From Octopus bimaculoides (lineage: Eukaryota), in contig NC_068982.1 of NCBI RefSeq assembly GCF_001194135.2, forward strand, positions 172,949,192 to 173,013,191: DNA of 64,000 bases, written 5' to 3'. Position 1 is the stretch's first letter. Each line of letters starts with the position of its first letter. A model generated the notes under the pieces. It did no database searches. It was not told the origin of the DNA and saw only the letters and a program-made list of their open reading frames with translations. The position numbers and the translations under genes are program-made. Of this stretch, positions 53,113 through 64,000 are shown piece after piece.

Positions 53113-53790
53113 AAGGCGGCGAGCTGGCAGAATCGTTAGCACGCTGGATGAAATGCTTAGCGGTATTTCGTTTGTCCGCTATGTTCTGAGTTCAAATTTC
53201 GCCGAGGTCGACTTTGCCTCTCATCCTTTCGAGGTTGATAAATTAAGTACTAGTAAAACACTGGTGACAATGTAATCCACTAGTCCCCCCCTCCCCAACA
53301 ATATCAGACCTTGTGTCTATAGTAGAAAGGATTATTATTATTATTATTATTATTATTATTTAAGTTTGAGAGCAAACAGAATCGCTAGCTCGTCGGTTAA
53401 GCATTTCGTTTGCCTTCACTTTCTGAGTTCAAATGTCACTGAGGTCGGTTTTACGTTTCATTCTTCCGGGTTCGATAAAATAAGTATCATTTGAGCACTG
53501 GGATCGATTAGTCCACCACCGTTCCCCTTAATTTCTGGCTTTGTGCCTATATAAAAAAAATATTATTATTATTTAAGGCGGCTAACTGGCAGAATCTTTA
53601 GCACACTGGACGAGATGCTTAGCGGTATTTCGTTCTGAGTTCAATTTCTGCCGAGGTCGACTTCGCCTGTCATCCTTTTGAAGTCGATAGAATGAGTGAG
53701 TACCAGTGAAACACTGGGGTCAATGTAATCGACTATTCCTCTACCCCCAAATTTCAGGCTTTGTGTCCTTTGTAGAAAGTGTTATTATTG
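53113..53790 (+). mobile_element. Tandem of three SINE family A copies
   Basis: Copies start at about 53113, 53362 and 53574, each ending in an (ATT)n tail. Confidence 0.85.
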
Positions 53791-53835
53791 TTGTTGTAGC
53801 TGTGTTTTGTTGACTATGGAAACCGAGTATTTCAA

Positions 53836-54028
53836 CCCTTTGTCTATGGACGGTTTAGGACAAACTTATGAAAATAAGTTTGTCCTAAACCGTCCATGGT
53901 TGCTTCCAGACTTTTATCTAGTTAGTCCTCGTTTCATACGTTCTGAGTAATATAAAGCTTTCCTTTCGTAAGTCCCAAATAACTCTAGGTTGGGGGGGGG
54001 GGGGAATACATGCATGACAGGCAAAGGG
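53836..54028. mobile_element. piggyBac-type MITE with an internal perfect hairpin
   Basis: TCAA|CCCTTTG ... CAAAGGG|TTAA termini; 24-bp perfect inverted repeat with GAAA loop at 53846-53897. Confidence 0.6.
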
Positions 54029-54569
54029 TTAAAGGTTATTCTGGGAATTCTATGTTCTAACATCTCATATTAAGGGCCACTCGCAAGTTTAAAACGGTAT
54101 TCAATGAAGATTTATTGCTGTCGGAGTCGGCCGTGATCGAACTAACCCGATGCCTTCCGACCGTTACTATCCCATATTTATGTCTTAGTCATCGTGTACC
54201 CTGGACTATATTATTTAATGTATATTTTCTTTACCTTATGACACTGTAGGGTGTGGTTTGAAGTAGGTTTAGCAACTACTTCTGATTGGAAACGACAGCA
54301 TTCCGTGATTAATTCGTCACACACAATGTATTTTTTGCATGCTAGCGACAATAAACTAAACACAGCAGAGGTATCATCTGCGACACGTCCACGAAACATA
54401 CATATCGTATAGGTATATGTGTGTACGGATATATATATATATATATATATAATATGTGTGTGTGTGTGTGTGTATAAATATATATGTATGACTGAAACAA
54501 GTAAAAGAATATATATATATATATATATAAAATATAGTTAGATGCGCGTGTGTATATGTTTGTATGTAT

Positions 54570-54729
54570 AGGTGCAGGAGTGGTTGAGGTAATAGCTTGT
54601 TTACCAACTACATGGTTCCGGGTTCATTCCCACTGCGTGGCACGTTGGCCAAGTGTCTTCTACTATAGCCTCGGGCCGACCAAAGCCTTATGAGTGGATT
54701 TGGTAGACGGAAACTGAAAGAAGCTCGTC

Positions 54730-54774
<45 letters not shown>

Positions 54775-54998
54775 TGTGTGTGTATATGTTTATGTGTCTG
54801 TGTTTGTCTTCCCCCCTCCCCCGCCAACATCGCTTGACAACCGATGGTGTTTACGTCCCCCGTAAAATAGCGGTTCGGCAAAAGAGACCGATAGAATAAG
54901 TACTAGGCTTACAAAGAATAAGTCCTGGGGTCGTTTTGCTCGACTAAAGGCAGTGCTCCAGTATGGCCGCAGTCAAATGACTGAAACAAGTAAAAGAG
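54570..54998 (+). mobile_element. SINE family B, full length (tRNA head + CORE-like domain + internal TA/TG microsatellite + 3' domain)
   Basis: GGAGTGG..GGT head, GGTTCATTCC B-box, TTGGCCAAGTGTCTTCTACTATAGCCTCGG domain, microsatellite, then GCTTGACAACCG...AAGTACTAGGC...GACTGAAACAAGTAAAAGAG tail. Confidence 0.85.
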
Positions 54999-55000
54999 AA

Positions 55001-55046
<46 letters not shown>

Positions 55047-55094
55047 TATTGCCAACAGCAATAACATGAAAAGGCATGCGCGCGTGTATGTGTG

Positions 55095-55136
<42 letters not shown>

Positions 55137-56050
55137 CATGTCTGAGTGTATGCATGCGTTTTAATGTTATTGCTGTTGGCATGAAGGAAGTATGTTGTGT
55201 GGCATAGGTGCACGCATGCACACACACACACACACGTCTTTCTTTTTCATTTCAAACAGGGAATTTGATCAACAGGTTACGAAGATTATTGTCTTCCAAT
55301 GAACTGAAGAAGGAAAAGGAAAACTTCCTTGTAGTTTAAAATCTAGGTGTGTTTTTGTACGTGGATGATATTGTGTCTGCTAGGTGCATGTGTGTGTAAT
55401 GGAGAAAGGGAACGTATTAGCTGTTTGTGTGTGATGTGCAATTTTGTGACAGTATGGGCGCATGCAGGATGGAACGTGTATATGGAGGTTACTCAGTGTG
55501 TTTGAACTGTACTGTGGTGTGTGTATGTAGTGTTAAGTATTTGTGTGTGTAGTGTGTGTGAGAGAATGCTGGATAGCGTGAGATGTAGTGTGTGTGTGAT
55601 AATGAAATGCATATACTTAGTGTGAACGGATCGATATAAATTAGCTGTTTCATCGATCAGATTGTGTGATGGATTACACCTTCCCGTTATTTCATTGATC
55701 CAATTCTGTGTGTGTAGGGGGATTATACATGTATGGGCGCAGACATGGCCCAGTGCGGTTAGAATTTCACTTCGAAATCTCGGGGTCTTTTAGTCGATCT
55801 CGCTGTTTTTCTTTGAAAGGAAAGTTTGTGAAAAGCCCATCGGACAGAGATTGTATTTGTAATTCAATTAGACCGCTTTGTCACACACACACACACGCAA
55901 TGTGTAACACTTGCTGTACCAAAACAAACCCTTATCAGTGGATTACCCCAGTTACTTATGCCATATTTCAAAGGGTAACCAGTTCAGTTAGTCGAAAAAC
56001 TGCAATATACAACATTGAAACTGACGGAGATCCAGTTCATGTGCGCTCTT

Positions 56051-56124
56051 GTGTGTGTAATTGTGCGCGTGTGCAGTATTCAGATGTGTGTGTGTGTAAT
56101 TGTGCGCGTGTGCAGTATTCAGAT
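56051..56124 (+). repeat. Exact 35-bp tandem duplication (period 39)
   Basis: GTGTGTGTAATTGTGCGCGTGTGCAGTATTCAGAT at 56051-56085 and 56090-56124, primed within GT repeats. Confidence 0.95.
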
Positions 56125-56819
56125 GTGTGTGTGTGTGTCTGTTTATACTTATTTGTTCCAGAAAAGAGCATGTATTTGTTGTATCTATGCGTTCATGTGT
56201 GTGTGTGTGTGAATAAGATGTAGTCTGCTTATGTACAAATCTGTTTTTGTATATTATGCACTAACAAATATATCTGTGCAAAAATAAATAAATATTCTTA
56301 CCGGATATATACTTCTTTTATATCCTCACTGCACACACACACACACACATTTATTTTCCTTCTTTCCCTCTCGTTCACTTTCTTTCTCTCTCTCTCTCTC
56401 CATGTAAAGTGTGTGTGTGCGTGTGTACGTCGAGTTCATACGGCGGATCTAAGCTGGGTGCTGTGCGTGCGTGTGCGTGTGTGTTTGTTATATTTTCTGC
56501 TGTGTTCGTCTCGTCACCACTGCTTATCTTCTGCTGTTTGCCTTCTTGTCTGTCTATCTATCTATCTGTCTGTCTGTTTGTCTGTCTACTTTACCTAACC
56601 CCACTTTACCATTCGTGTCTCTAACTCACCTTCTCTCTGTACGCTTGATCCCGGAGAAGTGTGGTTTAAGTAGGTAGAAGCTATGAGGATGATGATGATA
56701 ATAATAATATTAAAGTGACCAGTTAGCTGAGCTAAGCAAGGTTAACCGGGTAGTTGGGGTGGTTTCGTTGGATGGGTAGCTGGCTGTGGGGTTTTTTCTG
56801 TGCATTAAGCTAACTTCAG

Positions 56820-56900
56820 CTAAGCCGGTTGGCTGGTCGATTGGGCCGGCAAAATGTCTGGACCGAAAGGTGCGTTGTAAGCGAAGCATTGATTGGCTGG
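56820..56900 (+). promoter_or_regulatory. Candidate promoter with two inverted CCAAT boxes
   Basis: ATTGG at 56840-56844 (CGATTGGG) and 56892-56896 (TGATTGGC), 52 bp apart, in a repeat-free CpG-containing stretch 1.7 kb upstream of the candidate exon. Confidence 0.45.
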
Positions 56901-56939
56901 CGAGGCAAAGCGGTTGCACTCAATAACCCCAGTGACACA

Positions 56940-57285
56940 GTTTGTTACAAAGGAAAGAAAAAAGAAAGAACGAAAGGAGAGATGAGGTGAAGGGGGGAAA
57001 GAAAGAAAGCAAAGCATTTTGACTACCGCCTCCTCCCATCCTTTCTATCTTTTTTTTTCTCTCTCTTTTCCTTTTTCCGTACTTCCCCCTCATCCTCCAC
57101 CTCGCACGTCGACGATCATAATAATGACAACGTCGGCGGCGCTGCTGATGATGATTGTGGTGGCGTTGGCGAGGACGGCAACTCCGATCGTGTTTCTTTC
57201 CTCTATCACAGCTCCGCTATAGTAAGAGGGCAGCTTGGAAAGGCAGAGCAGTCTGTCAATCGCTGGGGGCTGCCACCGATATACG

Positions 57286-57316
<31 letters not shown>

Positions 57317-57396
57317 GCACATATATATCTATATTATGAATATGTACACTACATATTAAGCACATCACAACCTCTCTCTCTCACTCTCAACGTTGG

Positions 57397-57429
<33 letters not shown>

Positions 57430-57695
57430 CATACACATAGATATTTTCTTCGTGGGTTTTTTGGGTTTTTTTTTTTGGCCTGACTGAAAAAGTGTTCGTC
57501 TTGTTGCTACTGCTGCTGTTTTTACAAACAACAAAATCTTGCTGGCTCTAGCTGCTCTGTCTCTTTTAATTTCTGGGTGCCGTTGTTTACCAAACGAGAA
57601 GGAAGGAAGGAAACGTAACATCAACCAGAAAGAAAAAAAAGAAATACACAAAAGCAAATGACGGATATATTTATACACACATATTATTATATGTA

Positions 57696-57739
<44 letters not shown>

Positions 57740-58535
57740 GAGATATATTTTTTAATATCTATATATACCCATATATACATATATGTTGTGATATATTTAT
57801 ATTTAAGGAAAGTTTTGTTTTGTTGTTGCCAAAAGAAAAAAAAAAGAAGGAAAATTCTCTGTATTTTAATATATACATACATGAATATATATAAAGTATT
57901 ATGGCATTATAGCGTGTAAACACAGACGTGCGGAAACCCTTACGGAAAAAATATCTTGGTAACGCCATACGCACAAGCGCGCACACTCAAATATATACAC
58001 GCACACACATACAGTTACTAAATTATATATATATATATACACACAAATTACATCCATCCATCCATACACACACACACACTGGTTCGTGTGTTTTCTGTTT
58101 CTCTATCACACACACACACACACATATATATATAATCTGTAATTTATTTTTATACCTGCACATCACTTTATATTTTTTTCTCTTCTATCTCTGTAACTTG
58201 TATATAAATTCATACACACAGTTCGTGTTGTCAATCTGTCTATACATCTACCTCTTCCTACTTCTTGTCTCTCACATCACAGTGTAAATAATAAATAAAC
58301 ACTTTACAAACACACTCACGCAGGACATCAACAGCCACCATATAAACAACAATCACACACCACCTCACGCCAAAACCGCACAGCACCGCTCTAACACACT
58401 CCAACCACACCACTACCACCACACACCACCAACCACTACACTATATACACCCTCCAACTCTATGCTGGTGTTACCACTCGACAGTCGGAGGTGTAGTAGC
58501 TGTGGTCGTAGTGGTAGTAGTGGCTGCGAAGCTAG
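56940..58535 (+). other. Probable 5' leader (UTR, possibly with an intron) of the 58.5-kb gene
   Basis: No SINE insertions; GC-rich trinucleotide-like blocks (57095-57260, 58330-58535) alternate with TA/CA microsatellites. Possible donor GTAAGA at 57222 and acceptor AG at 58483-58484. Confidence 0.3.
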
Positions 58536-58684
58536 ATGTTCTCGGAGTATGCTGGAACAGGGCCTCTCTCCGCCACCAACGGACCGGCTACTGCAGCCGC
58601 CGCCGGTGCCACCTATCCCCGGGGTAGAATGGATGCTACCAACGATGTTTTCGCCTGCCTTTTTGGAGATTTATTTGTTAAATG
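58536..58684 (+). CDS. Putative first coding exon of an unidentified gene (MFSEYAGTGPLSATNGPATAAAAGATYPRGRMDATNDVFACLFGDLFVK + TG, phase 2)
   Basis: ATG at 58536 directly follows an in-frame TAG, and a second in-frame ATG is at 58629. There are 49 open codons, strongly biased to G at position 1, in a locally GC-rich island. The exon ends at a consensus donor TG|GTAAGT (58685-58690). Too short for the 60-aa ORF track. Protein family not recognised; no convincing next exon in the window. Confidence 0.55.
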
Positions 58685-59742
58685 GTAAGTACCCGTAAAT
58701 CCGTAATGACCATATCCCTCCCACTCCGCTCCGCCCTGATCTCTGGCGACATTACTCCAGTATTTCTACAGTCACAACCGTTCGCGTTCCTCACTGTACC
58801 GATTCGCCCCTCGGCTCATTGCCGTTACTCCATGACCCAACGCTTCTAAAATTAAAACAATCAAATACCCCGCCACTTGGAACTAATCTTCACAAAAAGA
58901 AAATGAAAACTATAATCATCCTTACGAATTTATAACGAAAAAAAAGAAAAACTGAAAACGGATATGTCTAAGGTTTCATATACCATCAGACCTTCATTAA
59001 AGAGCTTTTCCCATAATTATATTTATGTCAACATGAGGTGTGCTTGTCTTCAATGTTGTTAAGTCATATCAACAGAATGTTTTGCTAGTGCACACACTTT
59101 GAAAGATGCTTTGAGTGGAATATTGTGTGTTTGTATATATATATGTGTGTGTGTGTGTTCAAAGTGAGCGAGTCGTTTCTGATGTCCACTCCTTTTAAAG
59201 AGAAACTTAGTAATATAAAGTGTGAAATTTCCGGTTTTGAAACTACGTGAATTGAGTACACCTACTAGGAAATTCTACACCCTTTATACATTTATACATA
59301 CATTAGGATGTGTGTAAAGACAAAAAAAAAAAAAAAAAGGAAACTAGATTAGTTTAAAAAAAAAAAAAAAACAAAGTACAGTCAAGAAGTGCTGAGGTAG
59401 AGAAGACATACATAGAAGTGCGAGCGTGTGTGTATATAAATATGCGGAATGATTTATAGACAGCCATAAATACATACGTAGATCAGCACTTATATATGCT
59501 TACGGTCTTTTGTGAGTGATGAGTGAATGAATGAATATGTATGGGTGTGTTTTTTCGGATGTAGGTGCGTCAGTTTATCTTCGCTTGTGTTTATGACCTC
59601 TGTTAATCAGCCTAGATATATTTCGTTCTATCTCTTGCGTATGTCTACATCATTTTGCTTGAGTGTTGTGACTTCTAATATATTCGATGTTTAAGTGCAA
59701 AAACGTTATAGTATGTCTATATTTGCGTGATGTGTGTGTGTG

Positions 59743-59782
<40 letters not shown>

Positions 59783-62256
59783 CACTTGCGTGTGTGTATT
59801 TGACTCTTTGTATCTGAAATGTTCATGATGATTGTCTATGTCTTCTGTTGTTTACCACTTCATGTTTCCTGCTGCCGATCGATCGGTCTTCGTTCACATT
59901 TCAGATTTTGTATTTACCTTCTGTAAATACATCATGGTGGATGGAAGTCACATTGTCTTTCCTTCCTGTTTTCGTCTTTCATCCTTTGCCATATGGATGG
60001 CAACTCGGTGTTCACTTCAAACACCCTCACCGTATAACAGTTACCTGTATTCACAACTGTTTGATAGTACAGTAATGTCTAGTGACTTCAAAACCACACA
60101 CACACACACATTCGCACTCACTCACTCACATTGAGTATTTACTACTTTGGACATAGTAACTTAATAATTGCAATAAAGTCTTCTCTGATAATCCAATGTG
60201 GTTAACCATCCAAATGCACTTGAAACACCTATTGCAGGGTTACCAACAGCCATAATGGTGAAACGCGTATATGAATCATGATATAAACTTATGTTTATCC
60301 AAATTTCCCATATATATATATAGATATATATATATATAATGCACATACATACATACATATATATATAAATATATACTCGCGCGCGCGCTGTGCACTCGAT
60401 AAATACACGACCGGTGGCAAATCCTCAACCAAGTCATTAGGCCTGCTTGAAAGAGCAGCTAAATTCTACTTGTTCGACCGTTTCTAAAATTAAGAAAGAA
60501 TAAATTGGATAAATAAAATCCTAGATACACCGTCTCATAAAAAGTCAAGTTGGTCATAAGTGGATTGCCTTTGATAGTAGGTGTGTTCGATCATATCTGA
60601 TCTGGAGTCTAAGCGACAATAGTCGCTGAATAGCGTGGCCATGGATACCTACTTTACACACAGTTTCAATATACCATGCTGTCTACACATACACACACAC
60701 ACACACACCTCTTTAAATCGTATATCCATGGCTACACACCACGTGAACCTTATAACTACTACACAGCTATGCTACACATTAATATCGACAAACCTTGCTC
60801 TGCACAAATCCTCTTCCTCTTTTTCCCTGTATACTATTCAACACATGTCTGCGTGTCTGGCTCCACTCCCCTAAGATGCGTAACATAACTACCTACGGAC
60901 ACATCCCAACATAGGTGATATTCCCCACCCCCTGATTAAGTTCTGTGCCTTTGACAGTGTATCTACAGTTTCCTCTACACACCACGTGGATATTCGTGTC
61001 TTGGTTACACACCACGCTCAACACACCACTCAGCAGGTGGTATCCATAGCTACACTCAAATGGTGCCAGTATCTCGCTAACTACCACACTCTTTTTGCAC
61101 AGCACCCGCCCATCTTATTACATACTCTTTTCAACCCTATATGTTAAATTTAGACAGTGTGTGTGTTGTTTATGAGTTTTTGTGTATATATATATATAAT
61201 GATAAAATTGGGATACCTTGACAGTGTTTTATATACATTGTTAAAACTAGGAATGTAACAGAAATTGTATGGATAATCATATAACTACCAGATCTGTGTG
61301 TGTGTGTTGTTGTCTGTCGATTTTATAGGAATACGTGCTCCAGCATAGTCGGAGAAATTGGTTGAAGTTAAAGTATATACGGAACATGGTTTGTAAACTG
61401 TATGGAGGGAGTAGTTCCGATGTTGTGTGTGTGTGTGTGTATACACTCACACATGGCTATTATAAATAATAATATATAATCTTCCTAAATTCCCACATAA
61501 ACTATTGTCGCGTGTTTAGCACGTAGATTCTCTCATACAAAACATACGGGCATGTGTGTGTGTGTGTTGGAGTAAGAAATTTAAAGACTGGTACACACAC
61601 ACACGCATGTACTTTCCTTCCATCTTTCGTATATAGAATCCCACACGTTGCTTGATAATTAATTTATAAGGGTGTGCTGCTTTCTTGTTTGAAAACTGCT
61701 GCTGTCGTGGTTGCTATTTAACCCTAGGTTGACTCAAATCAGACAGACCAATAATCAACCCACATTCTAGCCGTAACTAATACGGCTCTTTATTTTATTT
61801 ATTTTTTTCAAGTTATAGTCCAGTAATGTTTATAGCAATTATGCTTTTCCAAGCACTACATTATCCAGTGTGTTTGTCCTCATATCTCTTCTTAACATAT
61901 TAATAAGGAATTAAGGGGGATTTGGCTGCTGTTTCTAACAAGTTGAGGAAACACATAAAAACTTCAGTCTGTGTGTATTACATGTTGGTATAGGTGTGTG
62001 TGTGTGTGTCTACTTGTATATATGAATTATAGTATTGGTTCTGTTTGCCTCCAATATTCCCCATTATCACCCTTTTCTGTATCGCCAGCCATCACTCTCT
62101 CTCTCTCACCACCGTGTTGTGGCTATTATTATCTCCCTTCTATTATACATCCAGACTGTCACTCAACACTTTGCCCTCACAGCCCGCTCACTCTGTCTCC
62201 CCCGTCATACACCCGCTCTTCTGAACATCCACCCTAACAATTCCCTGCTACCATTA

Positions 62257-62287
<31 letters not shown>

Positions 62288-62643
62288 GTTTATCCACCTC
62301 TCAGTCACACCGCTTTGAATAATACAGTGGCACAGCATGCTCCAAGAGGGGTCTTTAGTTGTGTTAGAGATGAGGATAGCAACCTCTCTAATGAAGGCGC
62401 CATGATAAATGCACCGAGTACACTCTGAAGAGTTGTTAATGTTAGGCAGAGCATCCTACCATATAAACAATGCTGACATTGGAACGTACAAGCATGATTT
62501 GGTTCTCTTACTTGTCTTGTAGGACAGAAACTCTAAATAAGAACTTTATAATATGAACTGTGACAGCCTCTCCTACTTGTTCATGTCAGCATGGATAGTG
62601 GACTTAATACAATGATGATGATATTTTTCTATATACTTACTTT

Positions 62644-62716
<73 letters not shown>

Positions 62717-63718
62717 GTCTTAACGTCTTCTTTTCCATACTTGCATAGGCTCGATGGAGTTTAGTGAAGCAGATTTTCTATGCCCTTCTTGTTGTCACTG
62801 TACCTGGCCTGTTTCCAAATACGGCAATGTTTTCCCATGGCCGGACATGCTTTTACAGATTATTGGAAATGAATGGCATTAATTTACAGCAATCATGTGA
62901 TGTCAAGATGAGACACGAACATGCACACATATATACATTAGATTATATATATATATATAGATAGATAGATAGATTCAAGGTGGATATGGTACTTAAGTTT
63001 AGGCACCAGAATTAAGTACGGTATTATCCATACAGTTTCAAAATAAGGTGATTAAAGTCAAAATAAGCATTTTGTTACTTATTTTGATATATATATATAA
63101 ATAACAGGCTTCTTTCAGTATCCGTTCACTAAATCTGGAGCTGAGTGACAAGAAAATATTTGTGTACAATTCCACACTGTGAGATTGAACGCAAAACCAT
63201 GTGCTTGGAAAGTGAACTTCGTAATTTTGTATGTTTAAGAAGTTTGCTTCCCAACCATGTGCTCTTCGGTTCAGTCTCACTGCTTGATACTTTGAGCAAG
63301 TTTTTTTTACAAATATCTCCAGGCTAACTAAATCCCTGTGAGTTGACAGAAACTGAAAGAAGCCTGTCATATATAATATGTATGTATATGCCAGTTTGTT
63401 TGTGCTATCCTCATACAAATTACCTTCCTTGGAAATGAGTGGAGATTGGCTAAAGGAAAGGCATCTGGCCGTAGAACATTTCTCTTCCAGAATTCTGTCT
63501 GACCCATGCTTGCTTAGAAAAGTAAATGTTGGTAAAATATGTGTCGTGTGTGTGTGTGTATACTTTGGCGTTAGGAAGGGCATCCAACTGTGGAAATTCT
63601 GCCAAATTAGATTGGAGCCTGGTGTAGCCATCCGGTTGCACCAGTCCTCAGTCAAATCGTCCAACCCATGCTAGCATGGAAAGCAGACGTTAAACGACGA
63701 TGATGATGAAGATGATAT

Positions 63719-63778
<60 letters not shown>

Positions 63779-64000
63779 TATATATACACATACATATATA
63801 TATATACACATACATACATACTTAGCCACATATATTCTGTTACACAAAGTTTTGCCACTTGTTGCAAACTTTGTGATCATTTTTTGTGACACTCAGCATC
63901 CAGGCCCTGAGACATTCACATGTGATATTTATCACTTCTACTGGTTCCTTCTTCTTGATTCACCTGACAATTTTTTTTTATCCAATTGTCACCTTTCATG

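Larger units (their letters stand above)
1..64000. repeat. Pervasive microsatellites (TA, CA/TG, CT, ATT/AAT, GAT, TAC, ATCT, GGT)
   Basis: Examples: (TA)n 31131-31190, (CA)n 37213-37285, (TAC)n 35590-35647, (ATCT)n 22335-22370, (ATT)n 23305-23350. Confidence 0.98.

Noticed and set aside
55708-56223. 171-aa ORF with a repeated CVCNCARVQYSDV motif
   Set aside because: The repeat is a 35-bp duplication within GT microsatellite and the rest is low complexity; no domain recognised.
60245-60275. GCCA-TAA-TGGT-GAAACGCGTA, resembling the 3' half of a minimal hammerhead
   Set aside because: No CTGANGA upstream and no stem I; at best a truncated relic.
60958-61170. Open frame after TTTGACAG that is phase-compatible with the 58684 donor (CVSTVSSTHHVDIRV...)
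   Set aside because: Weak acceptor, CA-rich composition and no recognisable protein; cannot be supported as exon 2.
63038-63664. 208-aa minus-strand ORF
   Set aside because: It runs through an RTE-like tail, a GT tract and SINE fragments; a chance fusion of repeats.

Overview
AT-rich, repeat-dominated eukaryotic draft scaffold, most likely octopus (inferred from the SINE families and extreme microsatellite load; not confirmed by search). About 5.3 kb of the 64 kb is assembly gap (15 N runs). No complete protein-coding gene, real tRNA/rRNA gene or CRISPR array is supportable, and the supplied ORFs are almost all microsatellite, repeat or gap artefacts. The only good coding candidate is a + strand first exon at 58536-58684 (49 codons, GTAAGT donor). 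It lies behind a CCAAT-box promoter at about 56.8 kb, and the gene continues beyond the window. The upstream 56 kb looks like a regulatory or intronic desert: unique islands among several tRNA-derived SINE families, LINE 3' tails and hAT, pogo, mariner and piggyBac-type MITEs. The most unusual signal is a 370-bp foldback at 27701-28070. Its loop carries both halves of a hammerhead ribozyme core in circularly permuted order, with the long arms forming stem II. Several decayed Penelope-type minimal hammerheads occur elsewhere in the window.
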